Of a DNA stretch of 59,482 nt, positions 47,601 to 57,512 are shown piece by piece. The translations under genes were made by a program, and so were the position numbers. This DNA comes from a virus (taxonomy: Duplodnaviria > Caudoviricetes): the IMG/VR virus record IMGVR_UViG_3300037851_000299, positions 1-59,482 of that record. One strand, 5' to 3'. The first letter of the stretch is position 1. Every line of letters begins with the position of its first letter. Below the pieces are notes generated by a model that had not been told where the DNA came from, did no database searches, and saw nothing but the letters and a program-made list of their open reading frames with translations.

Positions 47601-49134
47601 CTACGCCGCCACCCAGCAGGCTAACCGGACGATGGCAGCGCTCGGCGGACTGATGGGCGGGGCCTCCGCTGGCGCTCAGATTGGCTTCATGGTCAGCGGC
47701 GGGAACCCCCTGGGCGCAGGGGTTGGCGCGGTCATCGGCGCGATCGTCGGCGGCATCGTCGCCTACATGGCCAGCGGCACGGAATCCCCGGAGACGCAGG
47801 CCGCCCTCGGCTTCGACGCCGGCGGCTACTACGCCTCGTCGGCCTCGCGCGGTCATCAGGGGATGGGCGCCGAGGAGCACCGGCTGTACCAGCAGAAGCT
47901 GGTCTCGGCCTACCAGCAGCTGAAGCTCGGGTACTTCGACCTCGTCGCGATCCTCGACGACCCGGCGCTGTTCGACCTCGTCGGCGCCATGCCGGAGTTC
48001 GATTCCTCCGGGTGGGTCGGCATGTCGGCGCAGGAGCTGGCGCAGTGGCTCACTGAGTCGTTCCTGCCTTCAGAGTTTGAGGACACGTTCCACGACGCGC
48101 TCTGGGCCGGCCTGTCGTCTCGCGGTGTCACGTCGGCGACGTTTCAGCGGCTGTACGCGGAGCTGGAGCAGATCTCCGGCACGCAGCGACTCGAGGGGAT
48201 GGAGACCTACCTGCGCGCCGTCGTCGGTGGAGCGGAGCTGATCGCGGCGATGGACTGGGACGCCGTCATGGCGTCCGCGACGGAGACGCCACGGGAGGCA
48301 TTCGTCCGCACCCTCTCTGCGGGGCTCCAGGACATCGACGTCCAGCTGGCGCAGTTCGGGCAGCTGACGCTCCTCGAGCAGGCAGACACGGCGCTGGGGA
48401 TCTACGAGCGAGGGCAGCAGGCGCTGTCAGCGATGGTTCAGAACCTGGCGCAGCTCGAGCAGCTGTCAGACGCGATCGCACGGTCTATCGGTCAGCAGGT
48501 AGAGGGCCTGCGGCTTGGCGGGATGACCGAGTACCAGCAGGCGACCTACGTCGGCGGGCAGATTGGCGACATTTTCGCTCAGCTTCAGGCTGGCGGGCTC
48601 GACGCCTCTGCGGTGTCGCAGCTCACGGGAGACGCTCAGAACTACATCTCGATGCTGACCCAGCTCATGGGCGGCGATCTCGACCGGCGCTTGCCGGATG
48701 TCCTGGCGACCGTGTTCGGCAACCAGGACTGGCTCGCTGAGATGGGGCTCGATATCGGGGCAGGCTCAGACATGACGGGCCGCGAGTTCATGATCGCGCT
48801 GCTCGAGAGCCTCAACGAGACGGCACAGGGGGCAATCGAGGAACAGGTAGACGAGACGCGACTCCTACAAGAGGAATACCTCGCTCGCATGGAAGCGGTC
48901 AATGCCTCTCTGACCAACTTCCAAAGTGGCGTCGATGTCGTTCCGGCGCTGCTGGAAGGACTCGGAGATCCACTCACCGACCTGTCGGCCAAGTCCGCCG
49001 AGGCCGCGGGGAGCATCGCCGAGCTAGCGGCAGCAGCGCGGGAGGCCATCGCGGCGCTCGCTGCTCTGACCACCGGCTCGTCGTCGCTCGCCCCGCTGGT
49101 GCGCCTGATCCGGAGCGTCGTCTATGCAAGCTGA
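44680..49134 (+). CDS. Tail tape measure protein (TP901-type core)
   Basis: 1484 aa helical Ala/Gly-rich; LNAYGL, VDLGKLTFSEL. Confidence 0.95.
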   Translation: MAGQKTELTLEILARVQQSITDLNAVKESIRQLDQSTGTAAMTWQSAEDGLRKMGTAATVVFGSLSAAAGLSVTKFAEYEQAVVNVQNITEMSDASMQGWVSTIGELPPTLGSSTDLMRGLYMTISSGITEPAAAMEVLVTSAKGAKGNLAELVPTLSGLTSVLNAYGLEAEDSTAVMDAMVKTVDLGKLTFSELSNSIGQGISVASSAGVSYQELLAVIATLTLNGLDASEAMTSVRNILMVALKPTDQVREGMAKLGVDISAAAMAEKGLAAWMADAAAKTQDNAEMTALLFPNIRALNGALKLTSEEGGEKYRQVLNDIENSQGKTERNFVRMSATFKAGWDAMVVELNGVRREFGDTIAQGLTPYVAKISEAARAMAAMSPEARQSIVDAGAYTMALSGIVIVLPRVIAGVRALAAANAATTIAVQGGTVALGAWGVALAAAYVAGKGIEAWLNNMNQLTSEYARGLEQSTAEQTRWYAILRESGADIDAMLANYSELTDSQVDLETAFRLSARGIGEGAWAYAYMRDEIALTGSSTKELAKDLDLWQAVLDHNGLVIASTGDKYGDLKTAMDLAAQGLGPHAAAYQQMTQLLEKTNGKRERVIQLMAAEAQQTAAMNRASEESARLMDELSGAQDRVTAALAEARDGMTGDERIRLLAELADLETQEQTLTSAIKAQKNPTEESRLGLARLKDDTAKLKKELGETSKKAKDIISDFTGWMRATVAAGAAATSFGLVTGDLVTGQAALQRGLESVVTQQVATGRAADVLTGLMDEQTRSGANLQKAWGDAGITVGDFGGALVASGHNIDEVVGKLNGAGLSASNMRLSMDDARLIAGELGIAFGGPGGLAQALIEAANSGMDLETWLKNKLPPATDTAGRALLELQGQLLGVFSGGIRDLLGGQVEDLGDFLGDLFTDMGGNLASAMGEAFVAGLDTGDWSGLGALFGGEAEGVSMADRVSGIASGLGMVYAATQQANRTMAALGGLMGGASAGAQIGFMVSGGNPLGAGVGAVIGAIVGGIVAYMASGTESPETQAALGFDAGGYYASSASRGHQGMGAEEHRLYQQKLVSAYQQLKLGYFDLVAILDDPALFDLVGAMPEFDSSGWVGMSAQELAQWLTESFLPSEFEDTFHDALWAGLSSRGVTSATFQRLYAELEQISGTQRLEGMETYLRAVVGGAELIAAMDWDAVMASATETPREAFVRTLSAGLQDIDVQLAQFGQLTLLEQADTALGIYERGQQALSAMVQNLAQLEQLSDAIARSIGQQVEGLRLGGMTEYQQATYVGGQIGDIFAQLQAGGLDASAVSQLTGDAQNYISMLTQLMGGDLDRRLPDVLATVFGNQDWLAEMGLDIGAGSDMTGREFMIALLESLNETAQGAIEEQVDETRLLQEEYLARMEAVNASLTNFQSGVDVVPALLEGLGDPLTDLSAKSAEAAGSIAELAAAAREAIAALAALTTGSSSLAPLVRLIRSVVYAS

Positions 49135-49275
49135 GGCGCTCGACGCCACGGTCGGTGCTGGCAGCGCGTGGCGCCGGGCAGGCGTCGTCGGAAGACTGGC
49201 AGCTGTCGGCAGCCGCGCTCAAGTGGCACAAGCGATCCTAGGGGCGCTGGTGGGGTATTCTGAAACGGGGTTTCA

Positions 49276-50100
49276 ATGCCGCGTGTAGTTCCTGCTGCCA
49301 CCCTCTCGGACCTCCAGGCCGCCAACGTGGCCCGGGCGGAGCTGCTGAGCCTGGACACGACTCCGGTTACGCGCTGGTGCAAGACGTGGTCTGGTCGCCG
49401 GCGCCTCATCGTAGACGGCTACACCTACCTGCCCCGCAACTTCAGCGTCAACGCCGTCGTTCCCGGCGACCCCGCTCGAGCAGGCGGCACCTTCGTGGTG
49501 GACAACCGCGACAAGGCGGTGTCGAACATCTTCAAGGCTGGGGTGGATCCCTACGCGTTGACGCTCACCTACACGGTGCTGGTCAAGCGCCACTGGGAGG
49601 ACGACTGGCAGGAAGCCTACGTTCCCCTGGTCGCCGCGGTCTGCGACGCCTCGGGAATCCTGGCCGGCTGGACGCTGGTCGTTGGTGTGAGTCGCGGCCT
49701 GCATCGCCGGGCGTGGCTGCGGGAGGGGGAGCGCTACTGCCAGCATCGGTACAAGGGCGTGTGGTGTCAGTACGTCGGGATCGAGGTGGCGTGCCCGCGA
49801 ACGCGAGAGGCGTGCATTGGCCGCGACTCCGGCTCCAACTACAGCCACTTCGGCGGGTTCGACGATGCGCTCGACGCCGGAGCCGTGATCCAAATGTACG
49901 GCGGCGGCGCCTCCACGGTCAGCGGTGATCCCTATGGCGGGGCCTACCACCCCGGCCGCGACGATGACGGCGACGATGACTCTGGTGGGGGCGGGACCAG
50001 TCGGCGCCGGGCGTGGCGGGATGGGCCGGCTCCGGTCGTGGATGGTCCCCCGCCCGCTGGCGGTGGTCACCAGCAGTCCGGCGGGATGCAGGAGTCGTAG
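49276..50100 (+). CDS. Tail tip protein, lambda gpL-like
   Basis: CQHRYKGVWCQY...CPRTREAC...HFGGF four-Cys motif. Confidence 0.75.
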   Translation: MPRVVPAATLSDLQAANVARAELLSLDTTPVTRWCKTWSGRRRLIVDGYTYLPRNFSVNAVVPGDPARAGGTFVVDNRDKAVSNIFKAGVDPYALTLTYTVLVKRHWEDDWQEAYVPLVAAVCDASGILAGWTLVVGVSRGLHRRAWLREGERYCQHRYKGVWCQYVGIEVACPRTREACIGRDSGSNYSHFGGFDDALDAGAVIQMYGGGASTVSGDPYGGAYHPGRDDDGDDDSGGGGTSRRRAWRDGPAPVVDGPPPAGGGHQQSGGMQES

Positions 50101-51144
50101 ATGGGGACCAGACATCTTTCGTGGCCAGCGGCCGTGCGCCCCGTGGACAACTTCGATCGCGCCAACCCTTACGCAGACGAGGTCACGACGACGCTGGGCG
50201 GTACCAACTACGGTCACGGCTACTGGGACCGGCCGAAGCAGCAGTACCAGCTTGCGTTCGCGCTGGACAGCCAAGACGCAAACCTCGCGTTGCTCCAGGA
50301 CATCCTCCAACGACTACTTGGACGCATTGGCATCGTGTGGGTCCCTGAGCCAACCTCGCGGCTACACCGCGACGTGCACCTCGGGGATGGCGACGGTACG
50401 CGCAAGACGTTCGTGGCCCCGTGGCTCGATGCTGCTGCAGCGCCAACGGTGACGGTTGCCAACGTGCCGACCACAGTCGCCTGGGAGGCGCGGGCAAACC
50501 TGCTCGACGATGAGGATGCGCTGCCCACATCCGTCACCGGGTGGAGCGCGGTCGTCGGGGGCACGGTGGCCCTCGATGCGACCTACGCGATGCTCGGCGC
50601 CTACGCCGCGAAGATGGATCCAGGCGGGGTGCTGACAGGCTACGGGGCGCGGTTGCCGAAGGTGACTGGGATCACGGTCGGTCGCTACTACACGGGGCTG
50701 GCGTTCTGCCGTTCGACTCTCGCGGCCCTGAAAGCGCGCATTACCTGGTACACCGCGGGGGACGGCGTCATCAGCCAGAGCGCCGGTGCGGCGATCACCC
50801 TCGGCTCGGGTTGGACCTGCGTCTACGTGCGAGCCGCAGCCCCGGCCACGGCGGCCAAAGCGGCGCTCGATGTCTTCTTCGACGGGGAGGACAACGAGGT
50901 GTTCTGGATGGGGTGCGCGTCGCTCGGGGCGCTCGAGGACTACTGGTGGTTTCTGCCCTCCGCCTGCCCGGGCGTGACGATCCATTCCGTCGCGCCCGCG
51001 GCCGGCCAGGAAATACTTGCCAGCTACACCGGGCGCCTCATCCTGCCGTGCCACCGGACGCGACAGGAATCGCAGCGCGTAGATGGCGCCGGCAACTTGA
51101 CACTCCCGCTGGACGTTGAGGAGTGGTGGGGAGAGCTGGACTGA
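50101..51144 (+). CDS. Distal tail protein-like with inserted carbohydrate-binding-like module
   Basis: LGDGDGTRKTF (DUF2460-like); NLL...jelly-roll-like insert. Confidence 0.6.
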   Translation: MGTRHLSWPAAVRPVDNFDRANPYADEVTTTLGGTNYGHGYWDRPKQQYQLAFALDSQDANLALLQDILQRLLGRIGIVWVPEPTSRLHRDVHLGDGDGTRKTFVAPWLDAAAAPTVTVANVPTTVAWEARANLLDDEDALPTSVTGWSAVVGGTVALDATYAMLGAYAAKMDPGGVLTGYGARLPKVTGITVGRYYTGLAFCRSTLAALKARITWYTAGDGVISQSAGAAITLGSGWTCVYVRAAAPATAAKAALDVFFDGEDNEVFWMGCASLGALEDYWWFLPSACPGVTIHSVAPAAGQEILASYTGRLILPCHRTRQESQRVDGAGNLTLPLDVEEWWGELD

Positions 51145-54100
51145 TGCCGCGAGGAGTAGGTGGTAGGTACGGATCCCCAGGCCATAGGATCATCACCGTT
51201 CCCGTTCGCACTGCGGTCAGCGCCGGGGTAACTGACGGCGAGCCACTCGATCCGGATGAGCCGCGGCACTGGCAGTTCCTCGCGCCTCCGTGGGCGTGGA
51301 AGCGGAAGCGCTCGGCTCCACTCCCCGCTGACTACACCGTCTCGGCGACGGTCCTCCGCAACGTGATCCCCGTGGTCTACTGCGACCTCGCTGCGGGTCT
51401 CCCGGTGACGGGCCTGCACTCGATGTGGTATCCCGCCAACCCCTACATCATCCTCGGCTACACGTTCGCCTGGGGCGAGATCGGCGCGGACCTTTCAGAC
51501 GTCACGCTGGACGGGCAAGATCCCGACGACCTGGACTGGGTCATCAACTGGGCCGTGTTCAAGGGCACGGCAGCGCAGAACCCGTGGGCTACCTGGGGCA
51601 CGATCATCCCCGCTCTCGCCGGCAAGCCGCGCCACACCGGAGAAGTGTTTCTGGCCGTCATGGGCTACCGCTACGCATTGCCCAACATCCCAACCGCGAA
51701 AGCGAAGATGACACAGGGCCGGCTCGTCACGGACTTCCGCACGGCCGCGACGAACGCCGGGGGCGGAAACCCTGCGCTGTACGCCTACAACATCCTGACC
51801 GACGCAGAGCTGGGGCTGGCCATCCCGACGGCCAGCGTCGATGCAGGGGTTGGCGGAAGCTGGCGCACGGGAGCCGACCACTACGATGAGGACCCCGGCG
51901 ACGGATCCACCCGCTACGCCTTCCACGGCGCGATCAGCAGGCGCGACCCCTACCTCGCAGCGTCCGAGATCCTGAATCACGGCGGCTACTCAGAGCTCGT
52001 GTACTTCGAGCACCTCTACCGCCTTCGCACGCGGCAGTGCGTCGTGCCCAGGGCCGACGTGGCGATCGGAGCCGGGGATTGGATCCAAGACCCCAAAGTC
52101 GGGTTCGTCAAAGACGCCCCCAACCAGGTCATCGTCAAGTACCAGACGCCGGATGGGACGCCCGGCTCAGCGCAACCGGACTACGCCGCTTTCGTCGCAG
52201 CTGAAGATGCGGTGCCCGAGGAGATCACGCTCAGCGGCTGCGTCACCCAGGGCCACGCAAAGCGCATGGCCACGAAGCGCTACAACTGCCACGTGCTCGA
52301 GAACATCATGGCCAAGGGCTACGTCCCTCGGGCGCTGGTGGCCGACGTCGTGAAGGGCGACATCATCCCCGTGACCGAGCCGCAGCTTCTGCTCGACGAG
52401 ACTCCCTGCTGGGTTGAGGAGCTGAGGGAAGACGGGATCCAAGCGTACGTGGAGCTGCTCCGCTACGACGACGACACCGACAGCGATGTGGTGGCGGTAG
52501 ACGATGATCCGCTGTGGGATCTTGACCCGCCGGGGATTCCGGTCCCCCCGGCCACCTGCACGCAGACGCTGCTGCTGATCGGCCCGTGGGAAGCCAACAC
52601 CCTGTTGCCGGACGCCGACGACCTGACTGCCTCGGGATGGGTGGACGATGGCGGCCACGACGTTGCGTACAACGGCGGTGGAGACTATTCGACCCTCGCC
52701 TGTGACAGCGCCGCCCCCGGAGACTTCTACGCCGTGATCGACCCAGGCACCGCCGCGCAAGTTCTGCTCACGCTCTGCATCGCCCTACACCAGGCTGGTG
52801 ACGTCACCGACCCCTACAACGTCTTCGTGCGCTACCAGAGCCGGCCGACGGCTGGGGCGTGGACGAATCGCGGGAGCCGCCAGCTCTATCCGAACGCGAG
52901 CGTGGGGCGCTTCCTCCCGTGGGTGGGTGCCATCGACGTCTACCAAGCGGACGACGAGCACCGGATCGTGCTCGAGGTGCCACCGCTGGATGGCGGGGCC
53001 ACCGCGACGGCGGTGCGGCTCAAGCGGTTGTTCGTCCTGCCCTGGAGCGAGAATCCAGAGGAGCGCCCGCCGGGGATCGACCTGCGTGAGCGGTGGACGT
53101 GGGTCGAGGGCGCCGGCGCCGACACCACGGTCGAGGGGTACAGGCTGGTCCGCAAGCGGTTTGCGAACCCCTCGCAGTGGGAGGTTGTGGGCCAGGTGCC
53201 GCGGCCGGAGACCTCGCTCGAGGTGTCAGCCCTGTTCATCGCCCCGGGCAGCGGAGGCGGAGGGCCGGGGAGCGGAGGCGGAGGGGAGGGCCCCGACCCC
53301 AGCCTCGTGCCCATCATGACCTTCCCGATCACGCTTGTGGCTCGAGGGCTCAACGGGCAGACCGTGGACGCCCCGGACCCGACGCAGACGTTCCGGGGAT
53401 CGCTGGCTCCTACCGCGCCGTCGAACGTCACGCTGGCCTATCGCCGCAACCACGACCACTCGACGACCAACTCCGACAAGGTCGACCAGTGGGACACCAA
53501 CGGCTCCGTCACGTTTGACACGGACGTGGAGACCGCGCCGGACGGAGACGCGAACGCCGACGCCATCGAGGCGGGGTCGAGCGGCCAGGCGCAAAACCTC
53601 GACGCTTTCGTTCCCGATTGGGTGATGGACCGCGTCACCGGCTACTACTACGGGCTCGTCTGGATGAAGGTCGCGAGCGGATCCGAGGAGATCGAGCTGC
53701 GGAACTCGGCGGTGGAGTTCAAGACGAAAACCGTTCTCGTGCGCGATCACTGGCGGCTGTTCCGAATGCCGCTCACCACTATCGAGAACGACACCGGCCC
53801 CAAGATCGCCGTGGACAGCCTACCGCAGGACCTTTATGTTTGCGGCGGGCTCCCGTGGCCGCAGGACGAGGACCTCAACCATCGGTATTACTTCCTCATG
53901 GAGTGGTCGGCTTTCGACGATGAACGCGTCGATGGGTACGAACTTCAGTACCGGACTCGCAATGCGCAAACTGGCCTGATCAGTAGGTGGCAGACGCACA
54001 TCACCAAGGGGCCGACGGCGTCGTCGATCTCCTGGGGCGATCACCCGACCGCGGACGGGCCTTCGTTACCGCACGACAAGAACTCAGGGCCGACCGGAGA

Positions 54101-55700
54101 GCAGCTCTACGACTGGCGCGTCGTCGTGGTCCGCGGCGGTCTCTACACCGAGTTGGTGCCTGGTACCGTGACCGAGGAGAGCATCCTCATCGGCGGGCGT
54201 CTTCAGCAGCAGGAGGACGTGGACATTACCGCGGGGCTGAGCGACGGCGATGCCCTGCTGTGGGATACCGGCGACGAGAAGTTCAAGCCTGGCGGCGTGA
54301 CTGATTTCGGCGCCGACTACCTCCACGGTTTCGAGAACCGCACCGACAGTACGCTGGCCTTCGACAAGGATGAGCACATCCTCACTATCGGCGAGGCAAC
54401 ACCGAGCGTGTGGTTCGCTTACTGGTACAAGGGCGCGCGAGTGTTGATCCCAGAGACCACGATCGACTTCGACGAGGTTGTCGAGCTGTCAGAGGGAATC
54501 TGGTACGTCTACTTCGAGGACGCCTCGGGCGTGCCTGTCGCGTCGCAAACGCCGTGGGACCTCCTCGAGCACGTCCCGATCTGTACGGTGTTTTGGAACG
54601 GCTCGGGAGCGGCGATCGGCGATGAGCGGCACGGCTACCGGCGCGACCTCCAGTGGCACGCCTGGGCGCACATGACCGTCGGCACCCGCTACCAGTCGGG
54701 CCTCGAGATCACCGCTCCATCGACCGGCTCCTACTCGACGATCGACTTCAGTGCCGGCACGCTCTGGGACGAGGACATCCAGCTCACGATCGCCCAACAG
54801 ACCAACTGCCGGATCTTCTACCTGACCGACGCCTCCACCTACACCTGGGAAGCCAGCACTCGGGCGCACCTGTGGAGCGGCTCGGCGATCCAGTACATCG
54901 ACACCGACACCTACGCGAAGACCGCGCTCTCCGGCGGCCAGCGGATCAACACCTGGATCTACGGCTCCAACGACACCGCCTACCCGCTGTACGTGGTCGT
55001 CGAGGCGCGGTCCGCTCCGCACTCCACGACGGCGCAGGCTCGGGAGATCACGCCGCCAGACCTGGCGGCACTCGGGCTCACCCCTGAGCTGAAGCTCCTC
55101 TACCGCTGCATCTGGGGGGCGACCTCGCTCGAGGAGGTCACCGACTACCGCAACGCCGCAAGCCTGCCTGCTGGCGGCAGCTCCCAAACGGCGGCCACCA
55201 ACGTGACCTTCGCGCCCGCCGGCAACATCGCCGCGACCAACGTCCAGGCCGCTCTCGAGGAACTCGACACCGAGAAGCAGGCCGCCGGCAACTACCTCGA
55301 GTACCGAGCCACCGGCACCAAGAGCGGGTTCAACCTCACCGGGACGGCGTTTACGATTGCCGACTGGGCGATTCCGTCAGGACAGCAGCACGATGGCGGC
55401 GAGGTCCACATCGAGGTTGGCGTCACCGACGCGACCGACAACAAGGCGCAAGCGCTCACGAGTCGCTGGATTTGGCAGATTGCGCGCAAGGGTGCGGCCC
55501 CAGCCATTACCGTGTATCAGCTCGGAACCCCCGCTCCAGCCGACCCCGACAGCGGCACCCTCACCGTTGCGCTGGACGTGTCATCCCTTGGAACCGTCAA
55601 GGTCGCCGTGACCTCGAGTATCTCCGGCGGCAGCGCCCCGGTCGGGGGGCTGACCTGGAGGATGACCGGCGAGGGAGTTGCCGTGATCACGCCGGCATAG
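51144..55700 (+). CDS. Central tail tip/host-specificity protein (gpJ-like)
   Basis: About 1518 aa; IPVVY, FAWGEI, NPALYAYNILTD, PNQVIVKY; C-terminal ATNVQAALEEL fibre motif. Confidence 0.85.
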   Translation: MPRGVGGRYGSPGHRIITVPVRTAVSAGVTDGEPLDPDEPRHWQFLAPPWAWKRKRSAPLPADYTVSATVLRNVIPVVYCDLAAGLPVTGLHSMWYPANPYIILGYTFAWGEIGADLSDVTLDGQDPDDLDWVINWAVFKGTAAQNPWATWGTIIPALAGKPRHTGEVFLAVMGYRYALPNIPTAKAKMTQGRLVTDFRTAATNAGGGNPALYAYNILTDAELGLAIPTASVDAGVGGSWRTGADHYDEDPGDGSTRYAFHGAISRRDPYLAASEILNHGGYSELVYFEHLYRLRTRQCVVPRADVAIGAGDWIQDPKVGFVKDAPNQVIVKYQTPDGTPGSAQPDYAAFVAAEDAVPEEITLSGCVTQGHAKRMATKRYNCHVLENIMAKGYVPRALVADVVKGDIIPVTEPQLLLDETPCWVEELREDGIQAYVELLRYDDDTDSDVVAVDDDPLWDLDPPGIPVPPATCTQTLLLIGPWEANTLLPDADDLTASGWVDDGGHDVAYNGGGDYSTLACDSAAPGDFYAVIDPGTAAQVLLTLCIALHQAGDVTDPYNVFVRYQSRPTAGAWTNRGSRQLYPNASVGRFLPWVGAIDVYQADDEHRIVLEVPPLDGGATATAVRLKRLFVLPWSENPEERPPGIDLRERWTWVEGAGADTTVEGYRLVRKRFANPSQWEVVGQVPRPETSLEVSALFIAPGSGGGGPGSGGGGEGPDPSLVPIMTFPITLVARGLNGQTVDAPDPTQTFRGSLAPTAPSNVTLAYRRNHDHSTTNSDKVDQWDTNGSVTFDTDVETAPDGDANADAIEAGSSGQAQNLDAFVPDWVMDRVTGYYYGLVWMKVASGSEEIELRNSAVEFKTKTVLVRDHWRLFRMPLTTIENDTGPKIAVDSLPQDLYVCGGLPWPQDEDLNHRYYFLMEWSAFDDERVDGYELQYRTRNAQTGLISRWQTHITKGPTASSISWGDHPTADGPSLPHDKNSGPTGEQLYDWRVVVVRGGLYTELVPGTVTEESILIGGRLQQQEDVDITAGLSDGDALLWDTGDEKFKPGGVTDFGADYLHGFENRTDSTLAFDKDEHILTIGEATPSVWFAYWYKGARVLIPETTIDFDEVVELSEGIWYVYFEDASGVPVASQTPWDLLEHVPICTVFWNGSGAAIGDERHGYRRDLQWHAWAHMTVGTRYQSGLEITAPSTGSYSTIDFSAGTLWDEDIQLTIAQQTNCRIFYLTDASTYTWEASTRAHLWSGSAIQYIDTDTYAKTALSGGQRINTWIYGSNDTAYPLYVVVEARSAPHSTTAQAREITPPDLAALGLTPELKLLYRCIWGATSLEEVTDYRNAASLPAGGSSQTAATNVTFAPAGNIAATNVQAALEELDTEKQAAGNYLEYRATGTKSGFNLTGTAFTIADWAIPSGQQHDGGEVHIEVGVTDATDNKAQALTSRWIWQIARKGAAPAITVYQLGTPAPADPDSGTLTVALDVSSLGTVKVAVTSSISGGSAPVGGLTWRMTGEGVAVITPA

Positions 55701-55710
55701 CGTCCGGCGG

Positions 55711-55749
55711 AAACAGAAAAGGCCCCGGCAGGACAGCCCGCCGGGGCCT
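55711..55749 (-). terminator. Terminator between convergent arms
   Basis: GGCCCCGGC/GCCGGGGCC hairpin with TTTTCTGTTT on the minus strand. Confidence 0.75.
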
Positions 55750-55768
55750 CGGTGTCTGTGGGCGCGGC

Positions 55769-55978
55769 TCACTCCGGGGTCAGGATGCGCTCGAGTCGGA
55801 CGCGAATCCTGTAGACGACCCGCGCGATCTCCATCACCGACTCCTCGGTGACTTGGGTGTTGACGTACTCGGTCGCCGCTTCCTTGGCTTGCAGGAACGT
55901 CATCCCGCGAGCGATGACTTTGACGCTGCCGGCCTTGGTGGTAAGCAGCACGACGTACTCGACCTCCTCAGTCGTCAT
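55769..55978 (-). CDS. Hypothetical protein
   Basis: Last gene before terminator. Confidence 0.6.
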   Translation of the reverse strand: MTTEEVEYVVLLTTKAGSVKVIARGMTFLQAKEAATEYVNTQVTEESVMEIARVVYRIRVRLERILTPE

Positions 55979-56291
55979 CGTCGTTCACCGGCTGCGGTCT
56001 CACGTAGCGCCCGAGCACGTCACGGGTCCACCCGGAGCTGACCCTGTTACGCACCGCGTTGAGGCGACGCCTGAGCGCGAGCCGCTCCTGCTCCGGATCT
56101 CCGACCCACGGTCGCTCAAGAACGAGCCGCTCCAACTGCCCGAGGTAGCGCCGAAAGTCGCGGCACCTGGGGCAGAACGCCGGCGGTCGTCCTTCGCGCT
56201 TGCCGGGCCGGCGAATCCACTCACACCCACAGACGCGACACGTGTTCGCGTTTGTGCCGCTGCTGCCCCTGAGACGCTGCGGAGAGTGCAT
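55968..56291 (-). CDS. Basic Zn-finger protein, possible regulator
   Basis: CRVCG...GRPPAFCPRC. Confidence 0.55.
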   Translation of the reverse strand: MHSPQRLRGSSGTNANTCRVCGCEWIRRPGKREGRPPAFCPRCRDFRRYLGQLERLVLERPWVGDPEQERLALRRRLNAVRNRVSSGWTRDVLGRYVRPQPVNDDDD

Positions 56292-56328
56292 TCATCCATC
56301 TCCTTTCCCATTTCCTGTAACCGCCGTC

Positions 56329-56583
56329 CTAGGGGCGGCGGCGTGGCAACGGTGATGTGTCGCGTTTGAGCTGGTCGCGCAGCGGGCAAGTCGCCCAGTG
56401 GGAGACCCGCACCAGTAGGCGGCCGCGGACTACGACGCCGTTTCTGTTGTCGGGTCCACAGACCACCACTGCGCCATCGACCGGGATCTCCACCTCCCCT
56501 CTAATCTCACATGGCATTCGCTTTCCGCTCGCCATCGTCACCCATTCGACCATGGCGCCGCAGCGGCACATCGACGCGGCCAT
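56329..56583 (-). CDS. Zn-binding hypothetical protein
   Basis: CRCGAMVEW...GKRMP...SHWATCP. Confidence 0.65.
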   Translation of the reverse strand: MAASMCRCGAMVEWVTMASGKRMPCEIRGEVEIPVDGAVVVCGPDNRNGVVVRGRLLVRVSHWATCPLRDQLKRDTSPLPRRRP

Positions 56584-56602
56584 GCTCGCCGCCCTTCGCC
56601 GC

Positions 56603-56893
56603 TTAGTCCGCGTAGAGCTCGCGGACGACGAACGTCCATCGCGAGGCCCACCCGTACTGCGGATCCGGGTCAACTGGGGAGAGGCGCTCGATGACCGGGC
56701 TCGGCCACTCCTTTGGCGTCGGCTCCACCACCGACTTGAGGTAGCGGAGGAAGCACCGCGCACGGTTCTCAGTGACCTGGTGGGGGAAGATCAGCGTTCC
56801 CTCGTAATACGAATCGCCGTACCGCTTCTTCTGGCCCGCGTGTGTCCACTCCACCTCGACGCTCACCGTTTCTTTGTGCACGCTTTCCTCCAT
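56603..56893 (-). CDS. Hypothetical protein
   Basis: Plausible composition; start uncertain. Confidence 0.55.
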   Translation of the reverse strand: MEESVHKETVSVEVEWTHAGQKKRYGDSYYEGTLIFPHQVTENRARCFLRYLKSVVEPTPKEWPSPVIERLSPVDPDPQYGWASRWTFVVRELYAD

Positions 56894-57096
56894 CCGTTCA
56901 GCGGGGAAGACGGGGCCTGGCGGCCCACGCCACGACGAGACGGGATGGCCCGCTGGTCCACCCAGCCCATGCGAGTTGCGGCCCTGCGGAGCGCCGGCAG
57001 GGTCACGGCTTCAAAGTCCTTCATCGCTTGCGCGAGGTCTGCAAACGCAGCGAGCACTGCCCCCATTACCGCCGCCGTAGTCGTGTGCTTCGTCAT
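56863..57096 (-). CDS. Hypothetical protein
   Basis: GAGGAG RBS, ATGA overlap. Confidence 0.5.
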   Translation of the reverse strand: MTKHTTTAAVMGAVLAAFADLAQAMKDFEAVTLPALRRAATRMGWVDQRAIPSRRGVGRQAPSSPLNGWRKACTKKR

Positions 57097-57311
57097 GCTG
57101 GTGGCTCCTCACACAGCACTGCCCGGACCCGATCTCGCCAGCCGAGCGGGACGACGAGGTTGACCACCTCGCTCGCCGGCGAGAGGGCGCTCACGATGGC
57201 CTCTTGGAGCAGGGCCTCCAACTCCGCGATGCGGTTGCGGAGGAAGTCAACGCAGTCGATGGGGTCGTCATGGTCCTGGCCGCCTCGATACCCGCAGGTT
57301 GTACAGCTCAT
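57093..57311 (-). CDS. Hypothetical protein
   Basis: GGAGGAG RBS; CTTC, RIAELE. Confidence 0.6.
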   Translation of the reverse strand: MSCTTCGYRGGQDHDDPIDCVDFLRNRIAELEALLQEAIVSALSPASEVVNLVVPLGWRDRVRAVLCEEPPA

Positions 57312-57511
57312 CGCTCCTCCCCGAGCGCCTTCCGCGCCCGCTCGATCCACTCGCGGCTGATCACCGTCGCGTAGGGAACGCCATTGTCGGCCATCTCGCG
57401 CTCGGCGGCGAGCACCTCACGGAGGAGGGTGCGGAGGTCGGCAATCTCCTGACTTCGTGCGATGCACATCGGACACCAGTACGTCATTCCCGCGCCTATC
57501 GGCTCTGGCAT
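57308..57511 (-). CDS. Hypothetical protein
   Basis: CPMC; ARKALG C-terminus. Confidence 0.55.
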   Translation of the reverse strand: MPEPIGAGMTYWCPMCIARSQEIADLRTLLREVLAAEREMADNGVPYATVISREWIERARKALGEER

Positions 57512-57512
57512 C

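Noticed and set aside
51144-55700. Diversity-generating retroelement acting on tail or fibre genes
   Set aside because: No reverse transcriptase or template/variable repeat pair noticed.
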